From IMG/VR virus record IMGVR_UViG_3300019996_000002, positions 1 to 47,030 of that record: a stretch of 47,030 nt of DNA; one strand, 5' to 3'. Position numbers and translations under genes: made by a program. Under the pieces are notes generated by a model. The model was not told where the DNA came from. It saw nothing but the letters and a program-made list of their open reading frames with translations, and did no database searches. Below, one piece after another: positions 35,388 through 44,652 of the stretch. Numbering within the stretch: the first letter of the stretch is position 1; every line of letters begins with the position of its first letter. The stretch comes from a virus (taxonomy: Duplodnaviria > Caudoviricetes).

Positions 35388-36530
35388 ATGCGAACGATTG
35401 GATTGATCATCGCGGCGACGCTCGGCCTACTGTTCATTGGCCTGGCGATCAGCCACGCCGGCGCACATCAGGCGCTCGGCCAGCTCGCGCACGTCTTCAG
35501 GGATCCGCAGTATCAGGTGCCGATCATGTTCGGCATGGCGGCGCTCGGGACGGGCAACCTGACACTGCTCGATTGGGCGAAACGGCTCGACCCGGACGGC
35601 AAGACGCCGACGATCGCCGAGCTGCTCAACCAGAAAAACGAGATCCTCGACGATATGCAGTGGCGCGAGGGCAACCTCCCGACCGGGCATCGCGTCACGA
35701 TCCGGACCGGGCTGCCGGCCGTCGCCTGGCGTCTGCTCAACCAGGGAGTCATCCCCAGCAAGTCGACGACCGCGCAGATCGACGAGCAGACCGGGATGCT
35801 CGAGGCATGGTCGGAAGTCGACAAGGATCTGGCGCTGCTCAACGGCAACCTCAATGCGTTCCGGCTCTCCGAGAGCCGCGCGTTTATCGAGGCCATGTCG
35901 CAGGAGTTTAGCCGCGTCCTGTTCTACGGCAACGGCGGCGTCAATCCGGAGCAGTTCACCGGCCTGTCGGTCCGCTACGGCGCGAGCGGCGCGGGGAACA
36001 CGGACAACGTCATCAAGGCCGGCGGCGCCGGCGCCGACAACGCGAGCATCTGGCTTGTGGCCTGGGGCGAGGACACGATCAGCGGCATCTTCCCGAAGGG
36101 GAGCAAGGCCGGCCTGATCCATGACGACTTCGGCGAGCAGACGAGCGAGGTCGTCGCCGGGCTGCCGGGCGCGCGCATGCGCGTCTATCAGGAGCGGTTC
36201 CAGTGGAAGGGCGGGATCGCGCTGAAGGATTGGCGCTACGTCGTCCGGATCTGCAACATCGACGTTTCCGACCTGAACGCGGCCAACGTCAAGACGTTGA
36301 TCAACTTCATGGAGCAGGCGATCGAGACCATCCCCGACAACCTGGGCCGGCCGGTCTTCTACATGAACCGCACGATGCGGCGCTTCCTCCGTCGCGAGGC
36401 GCGCGAGTCGGTCGGTTCCGGCGGCGGGCTCACCTACGAGAACTACGACGGCAAGCGGATCCTGATGTTCGGCGACGTGCCGATCAAACGCGCCGACACG
36501 CTGCTCAATTCGGAGGCGCTGGTCGTCTGA
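35388..36530 (+). CDS. Major capsid protein (BPP-1 Bbp17/epsilon15 gp7-like) with 49-aa hydrophobic N-terminal extension
   Basis: AKRLDPDGK, EGNLPTGH..TIRTGLP, GMLEA.SEVDK.LA.LNGN..AFRLSE, PKGSKAGL, DWRYV.RICNIDVSDL, LLNSEALVV. GGAGG at 35375-35379. Confidence 0.96.
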   Translation: MRTIGLIIAATLGLLFIGLAISHAGAHQALGQLAHVFRDPQYQVPIMFGMAALGTGNLTLLDWAKRLDPDGKTPTIAELLNQKNEILDDMQWREGNLPTGHRVTIRTGLPAVAWRLLNQGVIPSKSTTAQIDEQTGMLEAWSEVDKDLALLNGNLNAFRLSESRAFIEAMSQEFSRVLFYGNGGVNPEQFTGLSVRYGASGAGNTDNVIKAGGAGADNASIWLVAWGEDTISGIFPKGSKAGLIHDDFGEQTSEVVAGLPGARMRVYQERFQWKGGIALKDWRYVVRICNIDVSDLNAANVKTLINFMEQAIETIPDNLGRPVFYMNRTMRRFLRREARESVGSGGGLTYENYDGKRILMFGDVPIKRADTLLNSEALVV

Positions 36531-36534
36531 TCCT

Positions 36535-36588
36535 GGGTTCGTCGTTCGGTCCAGCAGCCGCACAGACCGGCCGCCGGAAACCCTTTTT
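36535..36588 (+). terminator. Probable intrinsic terminator after capsid gene
   Basis: GGGTT...CGGTC...GACCG...AACCC stem followed by TTTTT. Confidence 0.55.
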
Positions 36589-36604
36589 GTAGGAGTCAAG
36601 AATC

Positions 36605-37033
36605 ATGTTCATCGACGCACTTCTCAAGGTCTCGAGCGCGCAGGCGATGGGCGCCGGCGCCGTCTCGACCAACTCGATCGACCTGGCGCTCCTGACGCCC
36701 GGCCGGCAGGTTGGCACGGGCGAGGCGCTCGGCTTCGGTATCAACGTCGACGTCGCGGCCACCGTCGCAGCGACCGATTTCGAGATCATCAGCGCGACCG
36801 ACGCGGCGCTGACGGCCGGCATCTTGTCGCACGTCAAGGTCACGATCCCGCTCGCGACGCTGGTCGCGGGCTACCAGCTCTTTCTGCCACTGCCGCAGGG
36901 CACGCCGACGCAACGCTACATGGGCATCCGGACGACGACGGCCGGCGGCACCATCACAATCAGCGCCTGGCTGTCGACGCATTCGATGTTCTCCCTGGCG
37001 CAGCGCTACTACGCGAAGAACTACGTCGTCTAG
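36605..37033 (+). CDS. Capsid cement protein (Bbp16-like)
   Basis: MFIDALLKVS.AQA......STNSIDL, RY.G, GTITISAWL; directly after the capsid gene. Confidence 0.85.
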   Translation: MFIDALLKVSSAQAMGAGAVSTNSIDLALLTPGRQVGTGEALGFGINVDVAATVAATDFEIISATDAALTAGILSHVKVTIPLATLVAGYQLFLPLPQGTPTQRYMGIRTTTAGGTITISAWLSTHSMFSLAQRYYAKNYVV

Positions 37034-37072
37034 CGAGACGGCGGGCTCGAGCGTTCACGCAGGATGTTGACT

Positions 37073-37102
37073 CGCCGGCTGCCTCGAGGCGGCCGGCGCT
37101 TT
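37073..37102 (+). terminator. Hairpin, possible weak terminator
   Basis: CGCCGGCTGCC-TCGA-GGCGGCCGGCG followed by CTTT. Confidence 0.45.
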
Positions 37103-37124
37103 CCGCAGAGAGAGGTTCAGAGCA

Positions 37125-37670
37125 ATGGCAAAACGCACCGCAACGACTCGGACGTCGACCAGGACCGCACGGCACGCTGCCGCGGCCGGCGACGGGCCGG
37201 AGGGGCTCAGCGACGCGCCGGGCACGGTCAGCGACGTCTCGCCGGCCGGCAGCAACAAGGCGCGCGAGGCTGAGGAGAAGGACCGGCAGCGCGCGGCGCA
37301 CACGACCACGCAGCCGATCCCGCAGGCGGAGAATCCGCCCCGGCAGCCGGAGATGATCCCGGCCAAGCAGGTGCACGCGCAGACGGTCGGCGGTCCGCCG
37401 GCGGTCGACCCCGACGAGCTGGGGCAGCCGCGGCGCGATCGCAGCAAGCGGATCCGCGTGCAGGCGACGGCGCTCGGCTACTACGACGACGTCCTCCGTC
37501 GCGTCGATGATGTGTTCGACATCTTCGATGAAAAGGAGTTCAGCAAGAAGTGGATGCGTCGCGTCCCGACGACGACCCCGACCGTCGTCACCGGGAGCAA
37601 CGTCGCGCTCCGCAAGGGCGCGGCGGCGAACGAGCCGACCGAGGGCGATCCGCTCGGCGCCGGCGACTAG
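37125..37670 (+). CDS. Hypothetical head-associated protein
   Basis: GAGG RBS; disordered N-terminus, then RVQATALGYY...RR..DVF......FSKKWM domain. Confidence 0.75.
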   Translation: MAKRTATTRTSTRTARHAAAAGDGPEGLSDAPGTVSDVSPAGSNKAREAEEKDRQRAAHTTTQPIPQAENPPRQPEMIPAKQVHAQTVGGPPAVDPDELGQPRRDRSKRIRVQATALGYYDDVLRRVDDVFDIFDEKEFSKKWMRRVPTTTPTVVTGSNVALRKGAAANEPTEGDPLGAGD

Positions 37671-37696
37671 CGCGTCTCGATTTCGTTCGTGATCGT

Positions 37697-37731
37697 GGGG
37701 CGTTCGGTCAACCTGGCCGAACGCCCCCTTT
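37697..37731 (+). terminator. Intrinsic terminator
   Basis: GGGGCGTTCGGTCA-ACC-TGGCCGAACGCCCC then CTTT. Confidence 0.65.
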
Positions 37732-37749
37732 GTGCATGAAGGGCTCGAG

Positions 37750-40700
37750 ATGGCAACGACGAACCAATACCTGACCTACGAGATTCACCTCTCGGACCTG
37801 GCGCTAGTCACCTCGCTACAGGGCAGCCTGATCGAGCCGGCGCCGGGCATCACGGGCAACGGGATCGGCGCGATCCTGGCGGCGCCGGACGATGCCGCGG
37901 TCAAGTATTCGGCGCCGAAGCTCGCGCCGCATGCGGAGTTCGTCGCGCCGTGCATCACCTCGAGCTGGTTCGGGACCGAGCAGCAATTCCCGACCAACGT
38001 CGCGACCTTCGATCGGAAGTCTGGCGGTTGGTTCGGCATCTCCTGGCTATTCGGCGATACGACCCATTACCACTGGCGCGGCATTTTCGTCTATGCGCCG
38101 GTCGAGGATCCGGTCGGCGGGCCGCCGATCAAGCCGTCGATCACGCCGCGGAGCTTCATCGACGGTTTCGAGTTTCCGCTATTCGGTGAAGGCGGCAGCG
38201 GCTCGATGGCGTGTTTCTCGCGCGAAGGCTCCCGGCACGTCGAGGGCTTCGGCCTGGCGCTCCGTTCGCATTCGGTGGCCGCGCGCAATCACCTCTACAC
38301 GGAGAACGGCGCGGCGCCGAGCAAGAAGGCTTGGGACCGCTTCTACATGCGGCTCCGGACGCTGCCGACCGGCTCGACGACCTTCTGGCGCATTCGCGAG
38401 ACGGTGCAGGCGAACGTCGGATGTGCGCTCGATATTCTTCCCAGCGGGCAGATCGCGGCCTATTTCGTCCAGAGCAGCGGCAACTACATCCTGCTCGGCA
38501 CGTGTCCCGGTCCCAACCTGAACGAATGGGTCCGCGTCGACATCCTGAGCGAGTGGACATGGCCGCCTGTCACGCACGAAAACGGGTTCGTCGTCAACAT
38601 CTACATCAACGGCGCCAACGTCCTGACGGCGACCAGGTTCGATACCGGCAGCACGTCGGGCACTGACGTTGATCGGATTTCCAGCTCCGAGATCGGTAAC
38701 GGCGTCGCGAACAGCCTGGGGCTGGACGTCGACGACTGGCACGGCTGCAGCGCGCATCCGAGTCTGCTCAGCAACGAGTGGATCAACGGCTCCGGCATCT
38801 TCCCGATCTCGCCGACCGGGCTCGACGCCGGCACGACGCCGGCCGTCTGGACCGGCGACTACCGCGCGCTCCTGCAGGATCCGCCGGACGATGGCGGCGC
38901 GACCTTCACCGGCGCGACGGCGGCGTCGACGGTCATCGTCAACACGGACGCGCTCGACATCTGCTCGGCGATGCCGGAGACGCTCGGCGCCGTCGCGGTC
39001 AACGTGGCGATCAAGGCGACGGGCGTGCAGGCCGGCGCGACGCTGGGGCTGAGCACGGCCGATGCGGACATCCCCTCGAGCGTCGGCGCGATCACGCAGC
39101 TCGGCGGCAACTGGATGCAATACCTATGGAAGAAGGGCGGGACGGACGGCGCGAAGCCGACCGGCGCCGTCAATCTGGTGTTCAACCACGGAGCGGCCGG
39201 CGCGACGACGATCAAGTGTCTGATGGCGTGCGCGGAAGTGATCGGCGCCTTCGGACCGGAGGACACGAAACTACTCTCGCCCCCGCCGGCGGTCATGCCG
39301 CAGCACTTAGGCATGCACAATTCCCCGTATCCGTCGACGCCCTGGGCGCGGCTCACGGCGACGCCGATCCAGCCGGTTTTCATCCGGTCCGGTCTCTACA
39401 CCGGCAACGGCACCGGGCAGGATCTCAAGTTTCCGGTCCCGATCCATTTCCTCTGGGTCAGACCCATCACGGCACCGAGCGGCGGGACGCGCTGGTATTC
39501 GTCGATGCTCGGACCGAAGTCTGGGCTGCTGACAAAGTCGGTTGTCGATCACATGGCGCGCGCGATGATCGATACGTCGTTCGTCGGCGGCGGCGAAACC
39601 TACGACGGCTTCCCGGCGCCGCTACCGGCTCCGCCGGCGACGGTCGTCGAGGCGATGGATCTCGCGAACCGGCTCGCCTACGGCTTCCCGAAACATACGG
39701 ACGAGAGCTACTGGACCGGGCTCGGCTACCTGAGCGATCCGGTCTATTTCTTCGGCCGCATGCTCGGCAACGGCGCGGCCGGTCCCGACATTCCGCCCTA
39801 CGGGCTCTACGCGACCGTCCCGTCGCGCTGGAACACGGCGCAGCAGCAGACCCTGGTAAAGATCGCCGGCAGCGATCCGCAGAGCAATCAGAACACGATC
39901 GTCTACTGCTATTTGGCGTTCGGCGACCCGGGAATGCGGTTCATGGTCAACGGCTGCATCAAGGATCACAAGGTCGCGGCGAACGTCATCACCACGCTCG
40001 CGCATCCGACGTTCACCCCGCTCGCCGGGTTCTTCTGGCAAGAAGTGTTTGGCGGCGCGAGCGCTGGCGCCTACTACAAGGGCACGGGCCATGCGCCGGC
40101 GACCGTCTCCCCGCTCGGCGCGGCGGAGTCTGCGAACAATGTCACGTTCGGCGCCGGCAGCCTGACATCACAAGCCGGGTTTCATGGGTCGTTCCTCGAT
40201 ATTGCGTTCTCGCTGCTCCGGATGGACGACGGCAGCGGGCAAGCCGGCAAGTCGATTTACATCGGCAAATACACCGGCGACGGTAATGCGTCGCGCTCGA
40301 TCGCGCTGGTCCCTGGCAGCGGCAAGCGGCCGGTTTGGGCAATGGTCGTTCCGCACAACGCGAATGCGATCTATCGCGATGCCTCGAACACGACCAACGT
40401 CTCGCAGCAGGTCAGCGCGGACGCGACGACGGCGACCGGCATCACCGGCGGCGACATCGATCAGATCATGGTCGGGATCACGCTCAACGCCAACGGCGTG
40501 ATCTACGAAGTGCTGGTATTTCCTGGGTCGGACGTCGCCGGCAACGGCGGTTTCTCGGTCCCGGGCGATTTCTTCCCGGTCCCGCCGGACGCTCCGCCGA
40601 ATGCGCCACACAGCATCGGCGACCCACAGGAAGCGCCGGATCCGCCGGTCGCCGATCCCTCAGAGCCGCCGGTCGAGCTGCCGGACCCGCTCCCGCCGGC

Positions 40701-42078
40701 GGGACCGATGCCGTCGTTGACCGACGACCTTGAGGGCGCATGCGAGCCGGAGACGCGCCGCATTTGCAACCTGGCGCTGACGCACATCGGGATCGGCAAG
40801 CAGATCAGCAACGTCGCGACCGACCAGACGCGCGAGGCCGTCGCGATCCGCCTGGTCTACAACGACGCGATCCAGCAAACGCTGCGCGATTTCGCTTGGC
40901 CGTTCGCGACGCGCTACGTCCAGCTTGCCGTGCTCGACGGCGGCGTCCGGCCAAATAGCGATTGGTTGTTCAAGTATCGGCAGCCGAGCGATTGTCTGTT
41001 CGAGCGGCGCCTGGTCGTCTCGCGGACCGACGTCGGCGATCCGGCGCCGTCTCCGTTCCTCTGCTCGAGCGACGACACGGGCGGGCTCATCTTCGCCAAC
41101 CTCGCCAACGCCGTGCTCGAATACACGGCGCGACCGAAGTGTCCGCACACGCGCGGAGAACCGCTGTTCAGGGAGGCCGCGGCGTGGAAACTCGCCGAGG
41201 CGATCGCGCCGGCACTCTCGAGGATGCAGGACGCGGTCGTCGCCTGTCAGAAGGGTTACGCGGAGGCGATGGCAAAGGCGACGCTGGTGCTCCGGCCTGG
41301 CATCCCGGGCGAAGTGCCGGCGACGGCGACGATCGACACGTCGGCCGCGGCCAAGCTCGCGAACCTGCAGGTCATCAACCTGGGCCTGATCCGCATCGGC
41401 GCGCGGACGATTCGGAACACGACGAGCGACCAGTCGCGCGAGGCGCAAATGGCGCGGACCGTGTTCGAGCAGGAGCTGCGCGCGACGCTGCGGGATTATC
41501 CCTGGGCCTTCGCAACGGTGTATGTGACGCCGGCGCTAGTCGGCGGGACGTCGACGGTTGCCGTCAATGGCGACTGGCAATACAGCTACCGACTGCCGGC
41601 TGATACTGTGTTCGTCCGGCGCCTGGTGTCTGCCTCGAGGCGGACCTACGAGCGCAATCCGCCGACGTTCAAGGTCGGCCGGGACGCGACCGGGCCGCTC
41701 CTGTTCACCGACTGGCAGCACACGACGGACACGCCCCTGGTCGTCGAGTATACGAACCGGCCGGAGGCGACGGTCAGCGTCGCGGATCCGCTGTTCAGGG
41801 ACGCGCTCGGCTGGCGCCTGGCGTGGACGCTGGCGCCGAGCCTGGCGATGATCATCCCTGAGACGCCGGAGACGGTCGGCCGCGGTCCGGAGGACAACCA
41901 GATCCAACGCATCCCGCGGCAGCCGCCGGCGACGGGCCAGCAGCTCCGGCAGCGCGCGGCCGACAACGCGCGGCAGTGTTACTACTTCGCGCTCGCGACA
42001 GCGACGACGGCGGCGGCCAATGAGGATCAGCCGGACATCGCGCCGATCGATGCCGACTGGATCAGCGGGCGGGAATAG
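37750..42078 (+). CDS. Fused fibre/lectin-like protein with two tandem tail adaptor (tail tubular protein A-like) domains
   Basis: Occupies the adaptor gene position before the nozzle. N-terminal ConA/LamG-like region, YTGNG/YTGDG repeats, Pro-rich linker, then two copies of IxNLAL..IG.....D..REA......Y......LRD..W.FA...DW...YR.P.D. Confidence 0.85.
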   Translation: MATTNQYLTYEIHLSDLALVTSLQGSLIEPAPGITGNGIGAILAAPDDAAVKYSAPKLAPHAEFVAPCITSSWFGTEQQFPTNVATFDRKSGGWFGISWLFGDTTHYHWRGIFVYAPVEDPVGGPPIKPSITPRSFIDGFEFPLFGEGGSGSMACFSREGSRHVEGFGLALRSHSVAARNHLYTENGAAPSKKAWDRFYMRLRTLPTGSTTFWRIRETVQANVGCALDILPSGQIAAYFVQSSGNYILLGTCPGPNLNEWVRVDILSEWTWPPVTHENGFVVNIYINGANVLTATRFDTGSTSGTDVDRISSSEIGNGVANSLGLDVDDWHGCSAHPSLLSNEWINGSGIFPISPTGLDAGTTPAVWTGDYRALLQDPPDDGGATFTGATAASTVIVNTDALDICSAMPETLGAVAVNVAIKATGVQAGATLGLSTADADIPSSVGAITQLGGNWMQYLWKKGGTDGAKPTGAVNLVFNHGAAGATTIKCLMACAEVIGAFGPEDTKLLSPPPAVMPQHLGMHNSPYPSTPWARLTATPIQPVFIRSGLYTGNGTGQDLKFPVPIHFLWVRPITAPSGGTRWYSSMLGPKSGLLTKSVVDHMARAMIDTSFVGGGETYDGFPAPLPAPPATVVEAMDLANRLAYGFPKHTDESYWTGLGYLSDPVYFFGRMLGNGAAGPDIPPYGLYATVPSRWNTAQQQTLVKIAGSDPQSNQNTIVYCYLAFGDPGMRFMVNGCIKDHKVAANVITTLAHPTFTPLAGFFWQEVFGGASAGAYYKGTGHAPATVSPLGAAESANNVTFGAGSLTSQAGFHGSFLDIAFSLLRMDDGSGQAGKSIYIGKYTGDGNASRSIALVPGSGKRPVWAMVVPHNANAIYRDASNTTNVSQQVSADATTATGITGGDIDQIMVGITLNANGVIYEVLVFPGSDVAGNGGFSVPGDFFPVPPDAPPNAPHSIGDPQEAPDPPVADPSEPPVELPDPLPPAGPMPSLTDDLEGACEPETRRICNLALTHIGIGKQISNVATDQTREAVAIRLVYNDAIQQTLRDFAWPFATRYVQLAVLDGGVRPNSDWLFKYRQPSDCLFERRLVVSRTDVGDPAPSPFLCSSDDTGGLIFANLANAVLEYTARPKCPHTRGEPLFREAAAWKLAEAIAPALSRMQDAVVACQKGYAEAMAKATLVLRPGIPGEVPATATIDTSAAAKLANLQVINLGLIRIGARTIRNTTSDQSREAQMARTVFEQELRATLRDYPWAFATVYVTPALVGGTSTVAVNGDWQYSYRLPADTVFVRRLVSASRRTYERNPPTFKVGRDATGPLLFTDWQHTTDTPLVVEYTNRPEATVSVADPLFRDALGWRLAWTLAPSLAMIIPETPETVGRGPEDNQIQRIPRQPPATGQQLRQRAADNARQCYYFALATATTAAANEDQPDIAPIDADWISGRE

Positions 42079-44307
42079 ATGGCAACGCCACAGTCGACAT
42101 TCCAGCGATCGCTTGCGGCCGGCGAGCTGGCGCCGGCGCTCCACGCGCGAGCCGACCAGGTCAAGTATCTGACCGGGCTCCGGCGCTGCCGCAACTTCCT
42201 GGTCCAGCGCGAAGGCGGCGCGACGAACCGCCCCGGGACCAGGTTCGTCGCGCCGTGCATGACGAACGACATTGACGTCATGCTGATGCGCTACGTCTCG
42301 GAGAACGTCGGCGAGTCGGTGCTGATCGAAGTCAACGAGACGACGATCCGCTTCTACGTGAACGGCGCGCTGCTCGAGGTCGACAGCGGCACGATCGACC
42401 CCTACGGCGGCGGCGTCGACTACGTCGTCGGCGACCTGGTCACAGCCGGCGGCGTCGTTTACTACAGCCTCGAGGTCCAGACCGGCGTCGCCCCGCCGGG
42501 CGCAAGCTGGTATGCGTTCACCGGCGAGACGTTCGAGCTGCCGAGTCCGTTCGGCGAGGATCTGCCGCACTGGAACCAAAGCGGCCGGACGATCACCCTG
42601 ACGCATCGCGACCATGTGCCGTATGAGCTGATCAACGGCGGCGCGCTGACAAGCTGGATCTTCCGGCCGGTCGTCACGGAAACGGCCGGCGTCGCGCCGG
42701 TCGGCCTGGTCGTCACGCCGGGCGGCAACACGGGCACGCTGACGATCGCCTACGTGGTGACGTCGGCGACAGCCGACAGCTACGAGGAGAGCATCGCGTC
42801 GGGCGTCGTCATCAACTCCGGCATCGGTCTGCCGGATGCAGCAATGCCGGACGTCCTGGCATGGACCGCGGTCCCTGGCGCGGCCGAGTATTACGTCTAC
42901 ATGGATCCGGCCGGCAACGGCATTTTCGGCTACATCGGGACCGCGCAAAGCAACGGCTTCACCAACACGGGGATCTTGCCCGACTTCCTGAGCACGCCCC
43001 CGCTCGCGCGTCCGCTGTTCGCGTCGACCGACAACTATCCCGATCGCTCCGGCAACTTCCAGCAGCGCCGGCTGTTCGGCTTCACCAACAACGCGCCTGA
43101 TGCGATCTTTGGCTCGCGGACCGGCTTCGCGTCCAACTTCGGCATCTCGCAACCGCTGCAAGACGACGATGCGATCACGTTCCGGATCGCCGGCAACAAC
43201 CACAATCCGATCAAGCATCTCCTGAGCCTGAAGGGATTGATTGCGGCGACCGGCGCCGGCGCCTGGACGATCACCGGCGGCGGTCCCAACCTCCCGCTGA
43301 CGCCGTCGCAGCTCGAGGCGGACCAGACGACGTATACCGGCTTCGGCGAAGTCCCTCCGGTCCTAGTCGGCAACTCGATCATCTACGTCGAGCACTTGGG
43401 CCGGACCGTCTTCGATCTGCAATTCGACCAGCAGGTCGAGGGGCTCGGCGGCAAAGACCTGACGATCTTCGCGTCGCACCTGTTTCGCGCGCACACCATT
43501 CGCGAATTGGACTACGCGCAGAATCCCGACAGCGTCGTCTGGTGCTGCCGGGACGATGGCACGCTGCTAGGGCTGACCTACATCCGAGAGCAGGAAGTCC
43601 TGGGCTGGCACCGGCACGACAGCGGCGCGAGCTGCCGCTTTGAGCATGTGTGTGTCGTTCCGGAGGCAGACGGCGATACGGTCTACTTCATCACGCGGCG
43701 CACGATCAACGGCGGTTTCACCCGGCAGATCGAGCGGTTCGTCTCGCGCGAGATCATCACGTTCGATACGGATGCGTTCTTTGTCGACTGCGGGCTCAGC
43801 TACTCCGGCGCTCCGGTCAACAACGTCGCCGGCCTGGGCCACCTCGAGGGCGAGGTCGTCGCGGTCGTCGGCGACGGCGCGGTCATCTTCAACGGCGACG
43901 CAACGGCCGCCAACGCCGGCGACTTCACGATCACGGCCGGGACATTCCCGATTGACTTCCCGGCCAGCTATTCAAATATTCACGTCGGCATCCCGATCAC
44001 GGCGCAGCTCGAGACGCTCGACCTTGACGTGCAGGGCTCGCAGGTCCGCGATCGGCGCAAGCGCGTCGCGGCCGTCACGCTCCTGCTCGAGCGCAGCTCG
44101 AGGACATTTAGGGTCGGGCCGGACGTCGGCAACCTGACGCAGCTCTCGCTCGAGCCGTATGAGACCATGACCGACGAATTTACCGGACCCGTCGAGCTGA
44201 CCGTCGTCTCGCAATTCGACGAGCTCGGTCGCGTCTTCATTCACCACACGGATCCGCTACCGTTGACCGTGCTCGGCATCCTGCCGAGCGTCGAGCTGGG
44301 AGGATAG
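42079..44307 (+). CDS. Tail nozzle / tail tubular protein B (T7 gp12/P22 gp10-like)
   Basis: Q.S.AAGELAP.L.AR.D, NF.V...GG..NRPGTRFV, F.QRRL.FG, DLT..ASHLF, Y.REQEV.GWH.H, L.HLEG..V, PLPLTVL.I. Confidence 0.92.
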   Translation: MATPQSTFQRSLAAGELAPALHARADQVKYLTGLRRCRNFLVQREGGATNRPGTRFVAPCMTNDIDVMLMRYVSENVGESVLIEVNETTIRFYVNGALLEVDSGTIDPYGGGVDYVVGDLVTAGGVVYYSLEVQTGVAPPGASWYAFTGETFELPSPFGEDLPHWNQSGRTITLTHRDHVPYELINGGALTSWIFRPVVTETAGVAPVGLVVTPGGNTGTLTIAYVVTSATADSYEESIASGVVINSGIGLPDAAMPDVLAWTAVPGAAEYYVYMDPAGNGIFGYIGTAQSNGFTNTGILPDFLSTPPLARPLFASTDNYPDRSGNFQQRRLFGFTNNAPDAIFGSRTGFASNFGISQPLQDDDAITFRIAGNNHNPIKHLLSLKGLIAATGAGAWTITGGGPNLPLTPSQLEADQTTYTGFGEVPPVLVGNSIIYVEHLGRTVFDLQFDQQVEGLGGKDLTIFASHLFRAHTIRELDYAQNPDSVVWCCRDDGTLLGLTYIREQEVLGWHRHDSGASCRFEHVCVVPEADGDTVYFITRRTINGGFTRQIERFVSREIITFDTDAFFVDCGLSYSGAPVNNVAGLGHLEGEVVAVVGDGAVIFNGDATAANAGDFTITAGTFPIDFPASYSNIHVGIPITAQLETLDLDVQGSQVRDRRKRVAAVTLLLERSSRTFRVGPDVGNLTQLSLEPYETMTDEFTGPVELTVVSQFDELGRVFIHHTDPLPLTVLGILPSVELGG

Positions 44308-44311
44308 GCGC

Positions 44312-44650
44312 ATGGCGAAGATGGTCAGCATGAAGATCACGGCGGCCGAGCAGAAAAAGCGGAGCGAGCCGACGTCGATGGTCGAGGACCGGCCGCGGTA
44401 TCCCTGGGGTCTGCAGCTCAATCTCGATACGGACGCGCTCGAGAAGCTCGGAATCGGCGAGGAGCTGCCGGCGGTCGGCGAGTCCTACGTCCTGATCGCG
44501 AAGGTCGACGTCACTAGCGTCAGCAGCAACAAGAGCGAAGGCGGCAGCAACCAGAGCGTCGGGCTGCAAATCACCAGCATGTGCCTCGAGGACGGCGACG
44601 GCGACACGTCGGCGGCAGCGGCAGCACTCTACGAAGGAGCTAAGTCGTAG
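44312..44650 (+). CDS. Capsid staple protein (epsilon15 gp10-like)
   Basis: YPWGL.L.LD...LEKLG....LPAVG......A...V.SVS...V.LQIT pattern of epsilon15 gp10. Confidence 0.85.
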   Translation: MAKMVSMKITAAEQKKRSEPTSMVEDRPRYPWGLQLNLDTDALEKLGIGEELPAVGESYVLIAKVDVTSVSSNKSEGGSNQSVGLQITSMCLEDGDGDTSAAAAALYEGAKS

Positions 44651-44652
44651 TC

